NCBI GenBank assembly: GCA_040751795.1
Contig: JBFMHR010000001.1
Location: 320,001-384,000, forward strand
Direction: 5' to 3'
Length of the DNA stretch: 64,000 nucleotides
Source: Thermoplasmatota archaeon
GTDB taxonomy: Archaea > Thermoplasmatota > Thermoplasmata > UBA10834
A program made the position numbers and the translations under genes. Under the pieces are notes generated by a model, which was not told where the DNA came from, made no database searches, and saw only the letters and a list, made by a program, of their open reading frames with translations. Shown one piece after another: positions 8,789-19,311 of the stretch. The first letter of the stretch is position 1, and the number at the start of each line of letters is the position of its first letter.

Positions 8789-10497
8789 GGGCCTCCCGGA
8801 CGTCCCACGGACCCCTGCTCGCCGTGGCGCTATGCGCGCTCGCCGTCACCGCGGCGCTGCTCGGCGCCTTCCGGCCCGATGGCGCGGCCCCGGACAGGCC
8901 CGCGCTCCTGCAGGCGCAGGACGCTACACCGCCCGTGGCGGACGCCGGCGGGAACATGACGGCGTACGTGGGCTTCGAGGCCGTCCTCAACGGCAGCGGC
9001 TCCTCCGACAACCTCGGCATCGCGGACTACACGTGGACCATCTGGCTGGCCACACCCGTCGTCCTGACGGGTGAGACGGCCCCGCACACGTTCTCGTCCG
9101 CGGGCGAGTTCGACGTGACGCTCAACGTCACCGACCACGAGGGGAACTGGGACGTGGATGCGATCGTCGTCACGGTGGTCGAGGACCTCACCCCTCCCGT
9201 GAGCCACGCCGGGTACAGCAGGAACGTCACCGTGGGGGCGGTCGTGGACATGAGCGCGCGGCTGTCCGCGGACCCGCAGACGGGGATATCCAACTACACC
9301 TGGAACCTCACGCACCGGGGGGTGCCGGTCCTCCTCTACGGACGCGAGGTGGAGTTCGTGTTCGAGGAGCCTGGCACGTACCTTGTCACCCTCACCGTCA
9401 CCAACGGGGTCGGCCTGACCAACACCTCCTCGATAGTGGTGGTCGCCAGGGAGCCGCCCACGTGGCTCTCCCAGAACTGGACATGGGTCGCCGCAGCCCT
9501 AGTGACAGCCGGAGTCTGCGCGCTGGAGGCCAGGAGGAGGCTCAGGAAGAACGGGATGCTCCTCACCAACGCCGAGCGGGAGAAGCTCGGCCTGCGCGTC
9601 AAGGAGCTGAGGCGGGTCTGGGGGCTCCTCCGGGCCAACACCCTGGGGTTCGCGGGGACCGTCGTGCTGACCGTGTTCATACTGATGGCGGTGTTCGCCC
9701 CCGTCATCTCCACGGTCCAGGACCCGAACCTCGTGGTGAACCACGAGCAGACCCTGGAGGGGCTCTGGGACAACCCCTCGCCGCCCTCGCTGGACCCGTC
9801 GCCGTACACCGGCTTCAGGCACCCCCTGGGCACCGACAGCATCGGCCAGGACGTCTACAGCCTGACCCTCTACGGCGCGAGGGCGTCGCTCCTCGTCGGC
9901 TTCGTGGCGACGGCCATATCCATCGTGCTGGGCGTCGCGATAGGCCTGGTCGCGGGCTACTTCGGCAAGCTCACCGACGAGATCCTGATGAGGTTCACGG
10001 ACTACTTCCTTGTCCTCCCCTGGTTCCCCCTGATGATCGTCCTCATGACCGTCCTGGGGCAGGAGTTCGTCTGGGTCATAGTGGTCATAGGCATCACCAG
10101 CTGGCCCTCGACGGCGAGGATCGTGAGGTCGCAGGTGCTCACGGTCAAGGAGAGGGCGTTCATCGAGAGGGCGCGCGCGATAGGGGCGGGGGACATGTAC
10201 ATAATGAGGAGGCACGTCTTCCCCAACGTCCTGCCGCTGGTGTTCGCCAACACCGTCCTCCTGATCTCCCTCGCGATATTCTCGGAGGCGTTCCTGGACT
10301 TCTTCGGCCTCGGGGACCCCGACGTCATCAGCTGGGGGACGATGCTCGAGGCGGCGTACAGCTACGGCGCCTTCGACTCGGGTTCGTGGTGGTGGGTGCT
10401 GCCGCCGTCGCTGTCCATCATCCTCTGCGTCCTGGCGTTCTCGCTCGTCGGCTACGCCCTGGACGACATATTCAACCCGCGGCTGAGGAAGAGGTGA
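8785..10497 (+). CDS. dppC: peptide ABC permease (DppC/OppC) fused to two N-terminal PKD domains
   Basis: ATGA overlap with dppB; PPVADAG...LNGSGSSD...YTW...G.FDVTLNVTD PKD repeats, then HPLGTDSIGQD, ERARAIGA, DIFNPRLR. Confidence 0.88.
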   Translation: MRASRTSHGPLLAVALCALAVTAALLGAFRPDGAAPDRPALLQAQDATPPVADAGGNMTAYVGFEAVLNGSGSSDNLGIADYTWTIWLATPVVLTGETAPHTFSSAGEFDVTLNVTDHEGNWDVDAIVVTVVEDLTPPVSHAGYSRNVTVGAVVDMSARLSADPQTGISNYTWNLTHRGVPVLLYGREVEFVFEEPGTYLVTLTVTNGVGLTNTSSIVVVAREPPTWLSQNWTWVAAALVTAGVCALEARRRLRKNGMLLTNAEREKLGLRVKELRRVWGLLRANTLGFAGTVVLTVFILMAVFAPVISTVQDPNLVVNHEQTLEGLWDNPSPPSLDPSPYTGFRHPLGTDSIGQDVYSLTLYGARASLLVGFVATAISIVLGVAIGLVAGYFGKLTDEILMRFTDYFLVLPWFPLMIVLMTVLGQEFVWVIVVIGITSWPSTARIVRSQVLTVKERAFIERARAIGAGDMYIMRRHVFPNVLPLVFANTVLLISLAIFSEAFLDFFGLGDPDVISWGTMLEAAYSYGAFDSGSWWWVLPPSLSIILCVLAFSLVGYALDDIFNPRLRKR

Positions 10498-10505
10498 CGG
10501 GAGGC

Positions 10506-11708
10506 TCAGGAGAGCCTCAGCACGGTCCTCGTGAACGACCTGGCGGCCGGCCCCAGCTGGGCGACGGAGATGGCCTCCTCCGCCTGGTGGTACCTCGCCA
10601 GCTCCCCGGACTCGCCCGGGCCCATGCATATCACGGGGACGCGCGCGTGCGCGGCGATTATGTTGTCGTCAGCCTCCGACATCCCGCACGCGACCGTAGG
10701 GGCCGCGCCCGTGCACTCGCGGATCGACTCGACCGCGGCCCTCACCAGGGGGCTGTCAGCGGGCGTCATGTGGGGGAGGTAGGGCTCCTTCTCGGTCGAC
10801 TTGAGCCTGACGATGACCTCGCCCCTCAGGCCGAGGCCGGCGATGACCCTGCGGATGTCCTCGGATATGTCGATCCTCCCGCCGGGGACGGTGCACCTGA
10901 CGACCTTCATGTTGCACCTGTCGGGCACCGTCAGGCTCCCGGTGCCGCCGTTCATGAGAAGCACGGTCTGCGACTCCGCCAGCGGGGCGAGGCTGTCCGC
11001 CAGGATGCCGTCCGCCTTCGCCATCTCCATCCCTTCGAGGGCGAGGACCACCTTCGAGCCCTCCACCACCGCGTTGATCCCCTTCTGCGGGGTGGCGCCG
11101 TGCGCGGAGCTCCCCCTGACCTCGATCTCGTAGTAGGAGCCCCCTCTCCTGCCGGCAGTGACGACCTTGAGGCCGCCGAACCCCTCGCCGACGATGACCG
11201 CCTTGGCGTCCTTCATCTCGCCTGCGCGTATCAGGGCCCTCGTGCCGTCCCCGTCCTTCTCCTCGCCGGAGACGGCCTGGAACGACAGGTGCACCCTGTC
11301 CTGGAGGTCCATCCTGCTGACCGCCTTCATGGCGACCATCATCGCCGCGAGCCCGCACTTCATGTCCAGCGAGCCGAGTCCGTAGAGCATGCCGTCCTCC
11401 ACGGACGCTCTGTAGGGGTCGTGCACCCAGCCGGACATTATCTCGACCGTGTCCATGTGCCCGCTGAGTACGATCTTGGGCAGCGCAGGGTTGCCGTAGT
11501 CCGCAATGACGTCCGGCCCGTATCCCTCGACATCGAGGAACCTCGGCGAGAAGCCCCAGGACTCCAGCCTCGAGGCGATGAACTCGGCGATCCTCGCCTC
11601 GCTCCCGAAGACGCTCGGGATGCGGATCATGTCCCTCGCCAGGCTCAGGACCTCCGCCTCGTCCACGTGTCTCTCGTACCCCGCGACCTCTGAAGCATCC
11701 AATGCCAT
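10506..11708 (-). CDS. M20 metallopeptidase (ArgE/DapE family)
   Basis: SGHMDTV, GLGSLDMKCG, GEE, GE, HGATP, C-terminal YHQAEE. Confidence 0.9.
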   Translation of the reverse strand: MALDASEVAGYERHVDEAEVLSLARDMIRIPSVFGSEARIAEFIASRLESWGFSPRFLDVEGYGPDVIADYGNPALPKIVLSGHMDTVEIMSGWVHDPYRASVEDGMLYGLGSLDMKCGLAAMMVAMKAVSRMDLQDRVHLSFQAVSGEEKDGDGTRALIRAGEMKDAKAVIVGEGFGGLKVVTAGRRGGSYYEIEVRGSSAHGATPQKGINAVVEGSKVVLALEGMEMAKADGILADSLAPLAESQTVLLMNGGTGSLTVPDRCNMKVVRCTVPGGRIDISEDIRRVIAGLGLRGEVIVRLKSTEKEPYLPHMTPADSPLVRAAVESIRECTGAAPTVACGMSEADDNIIAAHARVPVICMGPGESGELARYHQAEEAISVAQLGPAARSFTRTVLRLS

Positions 11709-11820
11709 CGAGCGCACCACCTGCGTCACGACCGGAAGGATGGTCCCGCCCATTAACCTTGCTGGGACGACGAAAACCATTGACTACCAGTAACGGATAT
11801 GGTGTGAGGAGGGGACCACG

Positions 11821-13443
11821 ATGAGCGATGGACATGCGGATGCGTTCAGGCGGGCCTCGGAGTTCGCCGACCTGTCGATGTGGAAGCACGCCACCCCGGG
11901 CATGGTGCTGGGGATCACGGACAAGCGGGGGACCCTCTTCGCCAAGGCCAAGGGGTTCTCCGACGCCGTCTCCAGGCGCCCGCTGTCGCCTGACGCGCTC
12001 TTCCAGATAGGGTCGGTCAGCAAGTCGTTCACATGCATCGCGCTGCTCCAGGCCGCGGAGAGGGGCGAGGTGGACCTCCACGAGCCCGTCGGCAGGTACC
12101 TCCCCTGGTTCTCCGTGCGGTCCCGGTACCCGGACATCACCCTCCACCACCTGATGACCCACACGGGCGGCATCATACTGGGCTCCGACGCGACGCCCAC
12201 CGCGTGGACCGAGGTCTGGGACCTGAGGGACGAGGAGGCCGCCTCCGAGCCGGGCACCCACTTCCACTACTCCAACAGCGGCTACAAGGCGCTCGGCCTG
12301 GTGCTCGAGACGGTCTGCGGGAAGGCGTACGACAGGGTCATCAGGGAGGGCGTCCTCGAGGCCGCGGGCATGAGGTCGACCGAGCCCGTGATCACCAACG
12401 CGGTCAGAGGGAGGCAGGCGGTCGCGCACCTCCCCCTGCACGACGACAGGCCGTCCAACCGCAGGTCTGAGATGTACCCAGCGCCGTGGTTCGAGAGCGA
12501 CACCGGGGACGGCTCGATATGCGCCCCCCTCGAGGACATGCTGGCCTATGTGCGCCTGCTCCTCAACGGCGGGGAGGGGCCCTGGGGGCGTGCGATGTCG
12601 CCCGAGAGCTTCATGCTGATGACCACCCCGTACATAGTCCCCCAGGACGGGCTCCACGGAGGGGCATACGGCTACGGGCTGAACATCGAGACGGTCGACG
12701 GGCACAGGTACCTCGGACACCAGGGGGGCATGGTCGGCCACTACACGTCGATGCTGATGGACATGGACTCCGGCCTCGGCGCGATGGTATTGATCAACGG
12801 GCCGGGCGATGCAGAGGAGGTGGCGAGGTTCGCCCTGGCGTGCATGAGGGGATCGGTTGAGGGTCGGCTCCCTGAGGTGCCAACAAGGGCGGAGGCGTTC
12901 AGGAGGACCGACGCCGCCGACTTCGCCGGCACGTTCGCGGGGGACGACGGCTCCTTCGAGGTCGTAGAGAGAGACGGCACCCTGCACCTGTCCCGGCTGG
13001 GCCGCGAGGCGGTGCTCGAGCCGAGGGAGGGGGACACGTTCTTCGCGGACGCGGAGGGGCTCGAGCTGTTCCTCCTGGAGTTCGAGAGGGAGGGCGGGAA
13101 GGTCGTGCGCGCGCACCATGGCCCGAGCACGTACGCGAGGGCAGGGGCCCGGAAGGCCCGCGCCGGGGGCGCACCCGAGCGTGCTGTCAGGTACGAGGGC
13201 CACTACAGGTCGCACAACCCTTGGCTCTCCAACTTCAGGGTCGTCGACAGGATGGGCGGCCTCGCGTATGTGCCGCCTGACGGCGCCGCGAGGCCCATGG
13301 TCCACCTGGAAGGGCACAGGTTCCGGATCGGCGCCGAGGAGTGGTCCCCAGAGCGGATCGTGTTCGGGGGCGTCATCGACGGCGTCGCCACCTCGGCGGT
13401 CGTCTCCGGGGGGGGCAGGTTCGGCAGGACATTCACCCCGTGA
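11821..13443 (+). CDS. serine hydrolase, beta-lactamase/AmpC family, with C-terminal extension
   Basis: SVSK (SxxK), YSN (YxN) and GHQG motifs; no signal peptide. Confidence 0.9.
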   Translation: MSDGHADAFRRASEFADLSMWKHATPGMVLGITDKRGTLFAKAKGFSDAVSRRPLSPDALFQIGSVSKSFTCIALLQAAERGEVDLHEPVGRYLPWFSVRSRYPDITLHHLMTHTGGIILGSDATPTAWTEVWDLRDEEAASEPGTHFHYSNSGYKALGLVLETVCGKAYDRVIREGVLEAAGMRSTEPVITNAVRGRQAVAHLPLHDDRPSNRRSEMYPAPWFESDTGDGSICAPLEDMLAYVRLLLNGGEGPWGRAMSPESFMLMTTPYIVPQDGLHGGAYGYGLNIETVDGHRYLGHQGGMVGHYTSMLMDMDSGLGAMVLINGPGDAEEVARFALACMRGSVEGRLPEVPTRAEAFRRTDAADFAGTFAGDDGSFEVVERDGTLHLSRLGREAVLEPREGDTFFADAEGLELFLLEFEREGGKVVRAHHGPSTYARAGARKARAGGAPERAVRYEGHYRSHNPWLSNFRVVDRMGGLAYVPPDGAARPMVHLEGHRFRIGAEEWSPERIVFGGVIDGVATSAVVSGGGRFGRTFTP

Positions 13444-13511
13444 CCGCCGGGTCCAGGGCTCACGCTGGTCCGGACGGGAATCTGCTCAAAATCGGTGAAG
13501 CCTCTGGGCGG

Positions 13512-13661
13512 CTACCTTCGCGCCAGGTGCGTGTAGTGGCACTCCGGGCATTCCATGGTCTTGCCCTCGGTCTCCACCAGCTTCACGTGCCTCTTGTGCT
13601 TCTCGCACTCCGGGCACATGACGTCCTTCTGTGTCTTCCTGAAGTAATCCAATATTCCCAT
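13512..13661 (-). CDS. 49-aa CPxC Zn-finger microprotein (not in ORF track)
   Basis: Hand translation MGILDYFRKTQKDVMCPECEKHKRHVKLVETEGKTMECPECHYTHLARR; GGGAG SD upstream. Confidence 0.7.
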   Translation of the reverse strand: MGILDYFRKTQKDVMCPECEKHKRHVKLVETEGKTMECPECHYTHLARR

Positions 13662-13727
13662 GGTGACTCCCGTCCCGAGTATGAACGACGCGTGTAAAAA
13701 GGGTTGCGACGTTATGACATCGCACTC

Positions 13728-14465
13728 TCAGGCCCTGTGCACCGCGTTGACGATCTTCTTGAGCTTGGCCTCGAACGCCCCGTTCTCGACGAGGGTGCCC
13801 GTGACGACGATGTCCGCCCCCGAGCTGACGAGCGGCGGGATGTGGTCCGCCTCGGTGATGCCGCCCCCGACCAGGATGGGGATGCTCACGCTCTCCCTGA
13901 CCGCCTTCACCATCTGCCACGGCACCGGCGCAGGGGCGCCCGAGCCGGCCTCCAGGTAGAGCAGGTCCATGCCGAACATCTCCGCCGTCAGGGCGTACCC
14001 GACCGCGCGGGGTATGTCGTCCCTCTGGACGACGTCGGCCTCACCGACCTCCCCGACCTTCATGCCGGGCGCGACTATGACGTAGCCCATGGAGATCGTC
14101 TCCAGCCCCAGCTTGCGGATGACCGGCGCGCCGCGGCAGTGCTCGCCGGTGACGTTCCTCACGTTCCTGGAGTTGAGCATGCTCATGAAGTATATCGCGT
14201 CGCACCTCTGGGCTATCGCGTTCGCGCCCGAGGGGAAGTAGATCACCGGAAGCCGGACCGCCTTCTTGATGCGGTCCACGGCGGCGTCCAGGTTCTCCTG
14301 CGTCACGCCGGTGGAGCCGCCCACCATTATGGCGTCGGTCCCGATCTTCCCGGCCTTCCGGGCTATCTCGGCCGAGCCCTCCGGCGTCTGCTTCTCCGGG
14401 TCGATCAGGGTCATGTGCATCTTGTGGTGCTTGAGTGTGTCCGAGATGAATCCCTTGACGCTCAG
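13728..14465 (-). CDS. pcrB: geranylgeranylglyceryl phosphate synthase (PcrB family)
   Basis: HMTLIDP, IMVGGS, YLEAGSGA, VGGGI; proposed CTG start at 14465 overlapping upstream TGA (first ATG at 14420). Confidence 0.9.
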   Translation of the reverse strand: MSVKGFISDTLKHHKMHMTLIDPEKQTPEGSAEIARKAGKIGTDAIMVGGSTGVTQENLDAAVDRIKKAVRLPVIYFPSGANAIAQRCDAIYFMSMLNSRNVRNVTGEHCRGAPVIRKLGLETISMGYVIVAPGMKVGEVGEADVVQRDDIPRAVGYALTAEMFGMDLLYLEAGSGAPAPVPWQMVKAVRESVSIPILVGGGITEADHIPPLVSSGADIVVTGTLVENGAFEAKLKKIVNAVHRA

Positions 14466-15310
14466 GTTACGCCCCCCAGAAGGAAAGCTACCAGGGCGAC
14501 CAGCATCGCCAGCTTGGCCGCCTTCTGACCCTTCTCCGGGTCAGAAAAATGTATCGCCGCGCAGTATATAAACATTGCATCCGCGGCCGCCACCGCGGGG
14601 ACGTACAATACCGACAGCTGGTCCAGGAGGTACGGCGCAGGGCTCAGGGCGACGGCCGCCAGGAAGGATGCCGACGCGACCGCCCCCGCCCTCCCCGGCC
14701 CCACCCTCATCGGGAGGGTGGTCCTCGAGCCCCGGTCCCCCTCGATGTCCTGGACGTCCTTGACGACCTCCCTCCCCAGGGTCGCGAGGAACGCGAGGGC
14801 CGCCAGGACCCATGCGACCTCCATCCCGTCCACGGCCGCGCCGCCGAAGAGGAAGAGGGCGCCCGTCAGCCAGCTTATCACGAGGTTCCCGGCCAGGCCC
14901 TCGGCCTTGAGGAGCGTCTCGTAGGCGACCATGAACACGATCGAGGAGAGGACTATCGCGAACGACCACGGGTTGACGAACACGCTCAGCACGACGGTGC
15001 AGGAGAACATCGCGGCGGAGAGGTACAGGGCGCTCCGCGGGGCCACGAGGCCCATCGGTATCGGCCTCTCCGGGTGGGCGACCTTGTCGACCTCGCGGTC
15101 GAAGTAGTCGTTGAGGGCGTTGCCTGCGCCGGTGAAGAGCACGACTATCGCCATCGAGAGCGCGACCTCGAGCCAGTAGTCGAGGAGCTGGTCGGGCCCG
15201 GCGCAGACCAGGGCAGCGAGGAGCGCCCCGACCGCGCCCATGACGCAGTTGCCCGGCCTGAGGAGGCCTAGCACCGCGAACGGGCCGCGCGCGGCTGAGC
15301 CTGGTGACAT
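14462..15310 (-). CDS. digeranylgeranylglyceryl phosphate synthase (UbiA family)
   Basis: LRPGNC, NDYFDREVD...PERPIP, REVVKDVQDIEGD; adjacent to GGGP synthase. Confidence 0.88.
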   Translation of the reverse strand: MSPGSAARGPFAVLGLLRPGNCVMGAVGALLAALVCAGPDQLLDYWLEVALSMAIVVLFTGAGNALNDYFDREVDKVAHPERPIPMGLVAPRSALYLSAAMFSCTVVLSVFVNPWSFAIVLSSIVFMVAYETLLKAEGLAGNLVISWLTGALFLFGGAAVDGMEVAWVLAALAFLATLGREVVKDVQDIEGDRGSRTTLPMRVGPGRAGAVASASFLAAVALSPAPYLLDQLSVLYVPAVAAADAMFIYCAAIHFSDPEKGQKAAKLAMLVALVAFLLGGVT

Positions 15311-15413
15311 CGGTATCGTCACACCCCTGCCGGGTATAAGACATTTTTCGGCATGCTGGCTCGTCGGCAACGTACAAAGCCTTATGTAGTGTGGCCATCT
15401 TCGAGAACACCGC

Positions 15414-17192
15414 ATGGCCTCGCAGATACCCCCGGACGCGTCGAAGGAGATAGAGACGGTGAAGGCCCTCGTCGCGAGGTACTTCCCCGTCTATGACGTG
15501 AAGGTCGACTACGACGTCGTCCAGTTCTACTGCCGCATCGATGATGCCACCCTCGAGGAGAACTTCGACCGCCTCAGGGAGGACATGGCCCCCCACGGGT
15601 ACATCCCCATGGTCACCTACGACAAGGGGGAGCACGTCATTATGGTCGGGAGGAGGCCCCCGGCGCGGTACCGGAGCATCTACGTGAACCTCGCGATGCT
15701 CGTGATCACCTTCCTCGCGATGATGTTCGCCGGGATACTCGACTGGGCGTCGTACGCGGACGTCCCCGGCGACGAGATGTTCTCGGCGGTGAACGTCCTC
15801 ACCGGCATCCTCGTGTTCACGCTGCCGCTCATGGCCATACTCGGCGTCCACGAGCTCGGCCACTACTACATGGCCAGGAGGAGGAAGGTCGCTGCCTCGC
15901 TCCCGTTCTTCATACCCTCCGTGCCGCCCCTCGGGACATTCGGCGCGTTCATATCGCTCCGCGACCCGATACCGAGCCGCAAGAGCCTCCTTGAGATCGG
16001 CGTCGCAGGGCCCCTGGCGGGGCTCGCCCTCGCAATCCCTATAGGGATACTCGGGCTGGTCCTCACGAACATGGAGGCCCGGCCGGTCCCTGACGACATA
16101 GGCGCCGAGGGGCTCGTCCAGATCTCGTTCCCGATGATCTACCTGTGGCTCGAGCAGCTGGTGCCCATCCAGGGGGAGTACCTCCTGCACCCGACGGCCT
16201 TCGCCGCGTGGGTGGGCTTCCTGGTGACCGCCCTCAACCTCCTGCCCGCGGGGCAGCTGGACGGCGGGCACATCGCCAGGGCGCTGTTCGGCAAGGACGC
16301 CAAGTACGCCAGCTGGGCCGCCATCGCGGTGCTCATCGGCCTTTCGATCTTCTACTGGTCGTGGCTGCTCTTCGCCATCCTCATCCTGTTCCTCGGGGCC
16401 AAGCACCCGCCGCCCCTCAACGACATCACCAAGCTCGACACGAGGAGGAAGCTCGTCGGCGTGCTCGCGTTCGTGGTGCTCATCGTGGCGTTCGTCCCCA
16501 TACCCATGTCCGCGGTCCTCACCGAGACATCCTTCGACATGGCCTCGACGGACGGAACGGACCGCACGGTCGTGGCCGGGACCTCGGCGACCTTCCACTT
16601 CATCGTCAACAACACGGGCAACGCCGCCTGCGAGATAACCTTCGAGATGGAGGGGGCGCCCGATGGCTGGTACGTCGAGTTCTCGGAGGGGGGCAACGCC
16701 TCCTACGACTCGTACGTCATGGCCCTGAACGTGTCCGAGGAGGCGGTGCTGACGGCGGCCGTCTCCACCAACAGCTCGCACGCCCCCGGGGACTACAGCG
16801 TGGTCATGAGGGGCGACTCTGTGGCCGGGACCTCGGAGTACTCCGACAACGTGACGCTCACCATCACGCTCACGCCCCCGCCGCTCGAGGCGTGGGTGTT
16901 GGACGACGGCCAGGAGGTCGCCGCTGGCTCGGGCATCATCGTGCACATACAGCTCAACAACACCGGCGATGGCGACCTGACCGTCTACCTCGGCGCCTGG
17001 GACTTCGTGCCCTACGCGGAGGCCGTTGTCCTCGAGGGCGAGGTGACCGTGCCCGCGGACGGCAACCTGACGGTGGCGGTCGAGATAGTCACCTGGTCCT
17101 CCGCTGAGCCCGGCGAGAAGGAGGCCTACGTCAACGTCGCGTACCTCGGCGCCGTCGTCAAGACGGTCCTCATCACGTTCACCGTGGTCTAG
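15414..17192 (+). CDS. site-2 protease (M50) with C-terminal beta-rich/Ig-like extension
   Basis: HELGH, GTFGAFI, IGVAGPLAG, NLLPAGQLDGGH. Confidence 0.9.
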   Translation: MASQIPPDASKEIETVKALVARYFPVYDVKVDYDVVQFYCRIDDATLEENFDRLREDMAPHGYIPMVTYDKGEHVIMVGRRPPARYRSIYVNLAMLVITFLAMMFAGILDWASYADVPGDEMFSAVNVLTGILVFTLPLMAILGVHELGHYYMARRRKVAASLPFFIPSVPPLGTFGAFISLRDPIPSRKSLLEIGVAGPLAGLALAIPIGILGLVLTNMEARPVPDDIGAEGLVQISFPMIYLWLEQLVPIQGEYLLHPTAFAAWVGFLVTALNLLPAGQLDGGHIARALFGKDAKYASWAAIAVLIGLSIFYWSWLLFAILILFLGAKHPPPLNDITKLDTRRKLVGVLAFVVLIVAFVPIPMSAVLTETSFDMASTDGTDRTVVAGTSATFHFIVNNTGNAACEITFEMEGAPDGWYVEFSEGGNASYDSYVMALNVSEEAVLTAAVSTNSSHAPGDYSVVMRGDSVAGTSEYSDNVTLTITLTPPPLEAWVLDDGQEVAAGSGIIVHIQLNNTGDGDLTVYLGAWDFVPYAEAVVLEGEVTVPADGNLTVAVEIVTWSSAEPGEKEAYVNVAYLGAVVKTVLITFTVV

Positions 17193-18178
17193 CCGCGTTC
17201 GAGCACGCAGAAGTTCCTCGTCAGCGACCTGTGCACCCATAGCGGGTGCGACTCCAGCAGCCTGAACCCGGCGGCAGCGTCCAGTATCCTTGTGTCGGGC
17301 ACCGCCACGGCGAGCCTGCAGCCGCGTCCCAGGACGTCCGCGAAGGCCCTGAACGAGCGCGAGTAGAGCTCGTCGAGGGGCTCCCCGTTGGTGCTCGTGG
17401 AGCGGCCGTAGGGCGGGTCCGTGGCTATCCCGTCGACGTCGCCGACGACGCCGTCTATCGCCCCCACGTCGCACACGCGCGTGACGGCGCTCGCCCCGAT
17501 GTGACGCAGGTTGGCCCTCGCCCCCTCGACCATCCTCTCCGAGATGTCCGTCCCCACCGCCTTGAGTCCGGCCATGTGCGCCTCGGCCAGGATCGCCCCC
17601 GTCCCGCAGAAGGGGTCGAGGACGGTGCCCCCGTCCGGCACCCTGGTCAGGTTGACGAGCGCCCTGGCGAACTTGGGGTGGAGCGAGACGGGGCAGTGGA
17701 ACGGGAGGTGCTTGTTCATCCGCTTCTCGAACGAGGTCCTGTCGACCGAACCGAGGAGCCTCCCCGCGTGGACCTTCCCTGAGAAGACGAGCCTCACCTC
17801 GGAGGCCGGCGAGTGGAGGTCGACGCCCCTGGACCGGCCTATCAGGCCGCCCGCGCGGCGCGTGGCCGCGGCCAGGTCCACGTCCCTGTGCGCCTCGCCG
17901 ACCCTGGTGGACCGCACCCTGATCGGGCCCGGGACCTCCACCCCCTCGACGAGCGCGTCGAGCCCCCTCAGGTCCGAGGACCCGAGGGACTCGGAGACCT
18001 TGTGGCAGAGCCCCAGCCTTCCGAGGAGCGCGAGCGGGTCCGCCCGCGTGGACATCACCATGACGCCGGCGTCGGAGCCGAGGACCTTCGGCTCGCCCCC
18101 GAGGGCGGCCGCGGCGCTCAGCGCCTCCGCCCTGGCGAGGGGCTCGCACTCCATGGACAGCTCTAGAAGGAGCTTCAC
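17189..18178 (-). CDS. trm11: tRNA (guanine-N2) methyltransferase Trm11/TrmG10 family
   Basis: SLHPKFARALVNL, LDPFCGTG, TDPPYGRS, HRSLTR. Confidence 0.85.
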   Translation of the reverse strand: MKLLLELSMECEPLARAEALSAAAALGGEPKVLGSDAGVMVMSTRADPLALLGRLGLCHKVSESLGSSDLRGLDALVEGVEVPGPIRVRSTRVGEAHRDVDLAAATRRAGGLIGRSRGVDLHSPASEVRLVFSGKVHAGRLLGSVDRTSFEKRMNKHLPFHCPVSLHPKFARALVNLTRVPDGGTVLDPFCGTGAILAEAHMAGLKAVGTDISERMVEGARANLRHIGASAVTRVCDVGAIDGVVGDVDGIATDPPYGRSTSTNGEPLDELYSRSFRAFADVLGRGCRLAVAVPDTRILDAAAGFRLLESHPLWVHRSLTRNFCVLERG

Positions 18179-18217
18179 GCACCCTCCAGCCGCGGGGACG
18201 GTCATTAATGCATCGGC

Positions 18218-19159
18218 TCAGTCGCCTATGCCCGCCTCGGAGACCTGGAAGACCGCCTCGGCCTCGGGGAGGTTGGGCGAGTCTATGAGCCGGGCGATCC
18301 TCTTGCCGCCCTTGCTCTTCCTGAGGTAGATCCTGAAGGTCGCCGTGTGGCCGACTATGTGGCCACCTATCGGCCGCGTCGGGTCGCCGAAGAAAGCGTC
18401 CGGCTTGGCCGCGACCTGGTTGGTCACGGCTATGACGGCGTTGTTGAGGTCGCCGAACCTGAGGAGGTCGTGCATGTGCTTGTTGAGCATCTGCTGCCTC
18501 TCGGCCAGGGCCCCCCTGCCTATGTACTCCGCCCTGAAGTGGGCCGTGAGTGAGTCGACCACGAGCAGGCGGACGGGGTACTCCTTCGCCAGCTCCGCCG
18601 CCTTGTCGACCAGGAGCGTCTGGTGGTGGCTGTTGAAGGCCCTCGCGACGTGTATCTTCTTGAGCACCTCGTCCGGGTCCAGCTCCAGCGCTTCCGACAT
18701 CTGGACTATCCTCTCCGGCCTGAAGGTCTGCTCGGTGTCGATGATCATGGTGTGCCCCTCGAGCCCGCCCTCGTCGAGCGGCCTCTGGCAGTTGACGGCG
18801 AGCTGGTGGCAGAGCTGGGTCTTGCCGGAGCCGAACTCGCCGAAGAACTCGGTTATGGCGCGGCTCTCGAACCCCCCGCCCATGAGCTCGTCCAGGGACT
18901 TCGAGCCGGAGCCGAGCTTGGCGACGGTCTTCCTCCTCTCCAGGAGGACGTCCCCGGTCTCGAAGCCGCCGACGTCCGCGGCCTTCTTCGCGGCCGCGAT
19001 GATCTTGGCCGCGGTCGGCTCGCCTATCTCAGCGAGCTCCGCGAGGTTCTTCGGCGAGTCGACTGCGATCATCATGATGTCGGTGTACCCGGCCTCCTTC
19101 AGCTTCTCCATTATCGCGGGCCCGACGCCTGGGAGCTTGGAAATCTCCTCCTCCGTCAT
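18218..19159 (-). CDS. radA: DNA repair and recombination protein RadA
   Basis: LPGVGP N-domain, [32 protein letters not shown]. Confidence 0.98.
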   Translation of the reverse strand: MTEEEISKLPGVGPAIMEKLKEAGYTDIMMIAVDSPKNLAELAEIGEPTAAKIIAAAKKAADVGGFETGDVLLERRKTVAKLGSGSKSLDELMGGGFESRAITEFFGEFGSGKTQLCHQLAVNCQRPLDEGGLEGHTMIIDTEQTFRPERIVQMSEALELDPDEVLKKIHVARAFNSHHQTLLVDKAAELAKEYPVRLLVVDSLTAHFRAEYIGRGALAERQQMLNKHMHDLLRFGDLNNAVIAVTNQVAAKPDAFFGDPTRPIGGHIVGHTATFRIYLRKSKGGKRIARLIDSPNLPEAEAVFQVSEAGIGD

Positions 19160-19311
19160 AGTCGCTCAGCACCTAGCGGTGTTCATGAGCCCTGGCCGCT
19201 GATATAAGCATGCCGATTGGAGGTAGGCGAAAGTGGTCTGGCCGGCGCGCGCGACGCCACCAGAGGCCTCCCCAAAAGGTATTAAATAGGCCCAACTCTT
19301 CGAGGGCCAGA

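Noticed and set aside
11821-13443. Beta-lactam resistance gene
   Set aside because: Family motifs only; cytoplasmic archaeal members are more plausibly peptidases or esterases
14541-18182. 1213-aa ORF and other long ORFs (136-2067, 10756-13317, 35772-38102, 45281-47671)
   Set aside because: Shadow frames of GC-rich genes; low-complexity R/G/P content, and they overlap well-supported CDSs
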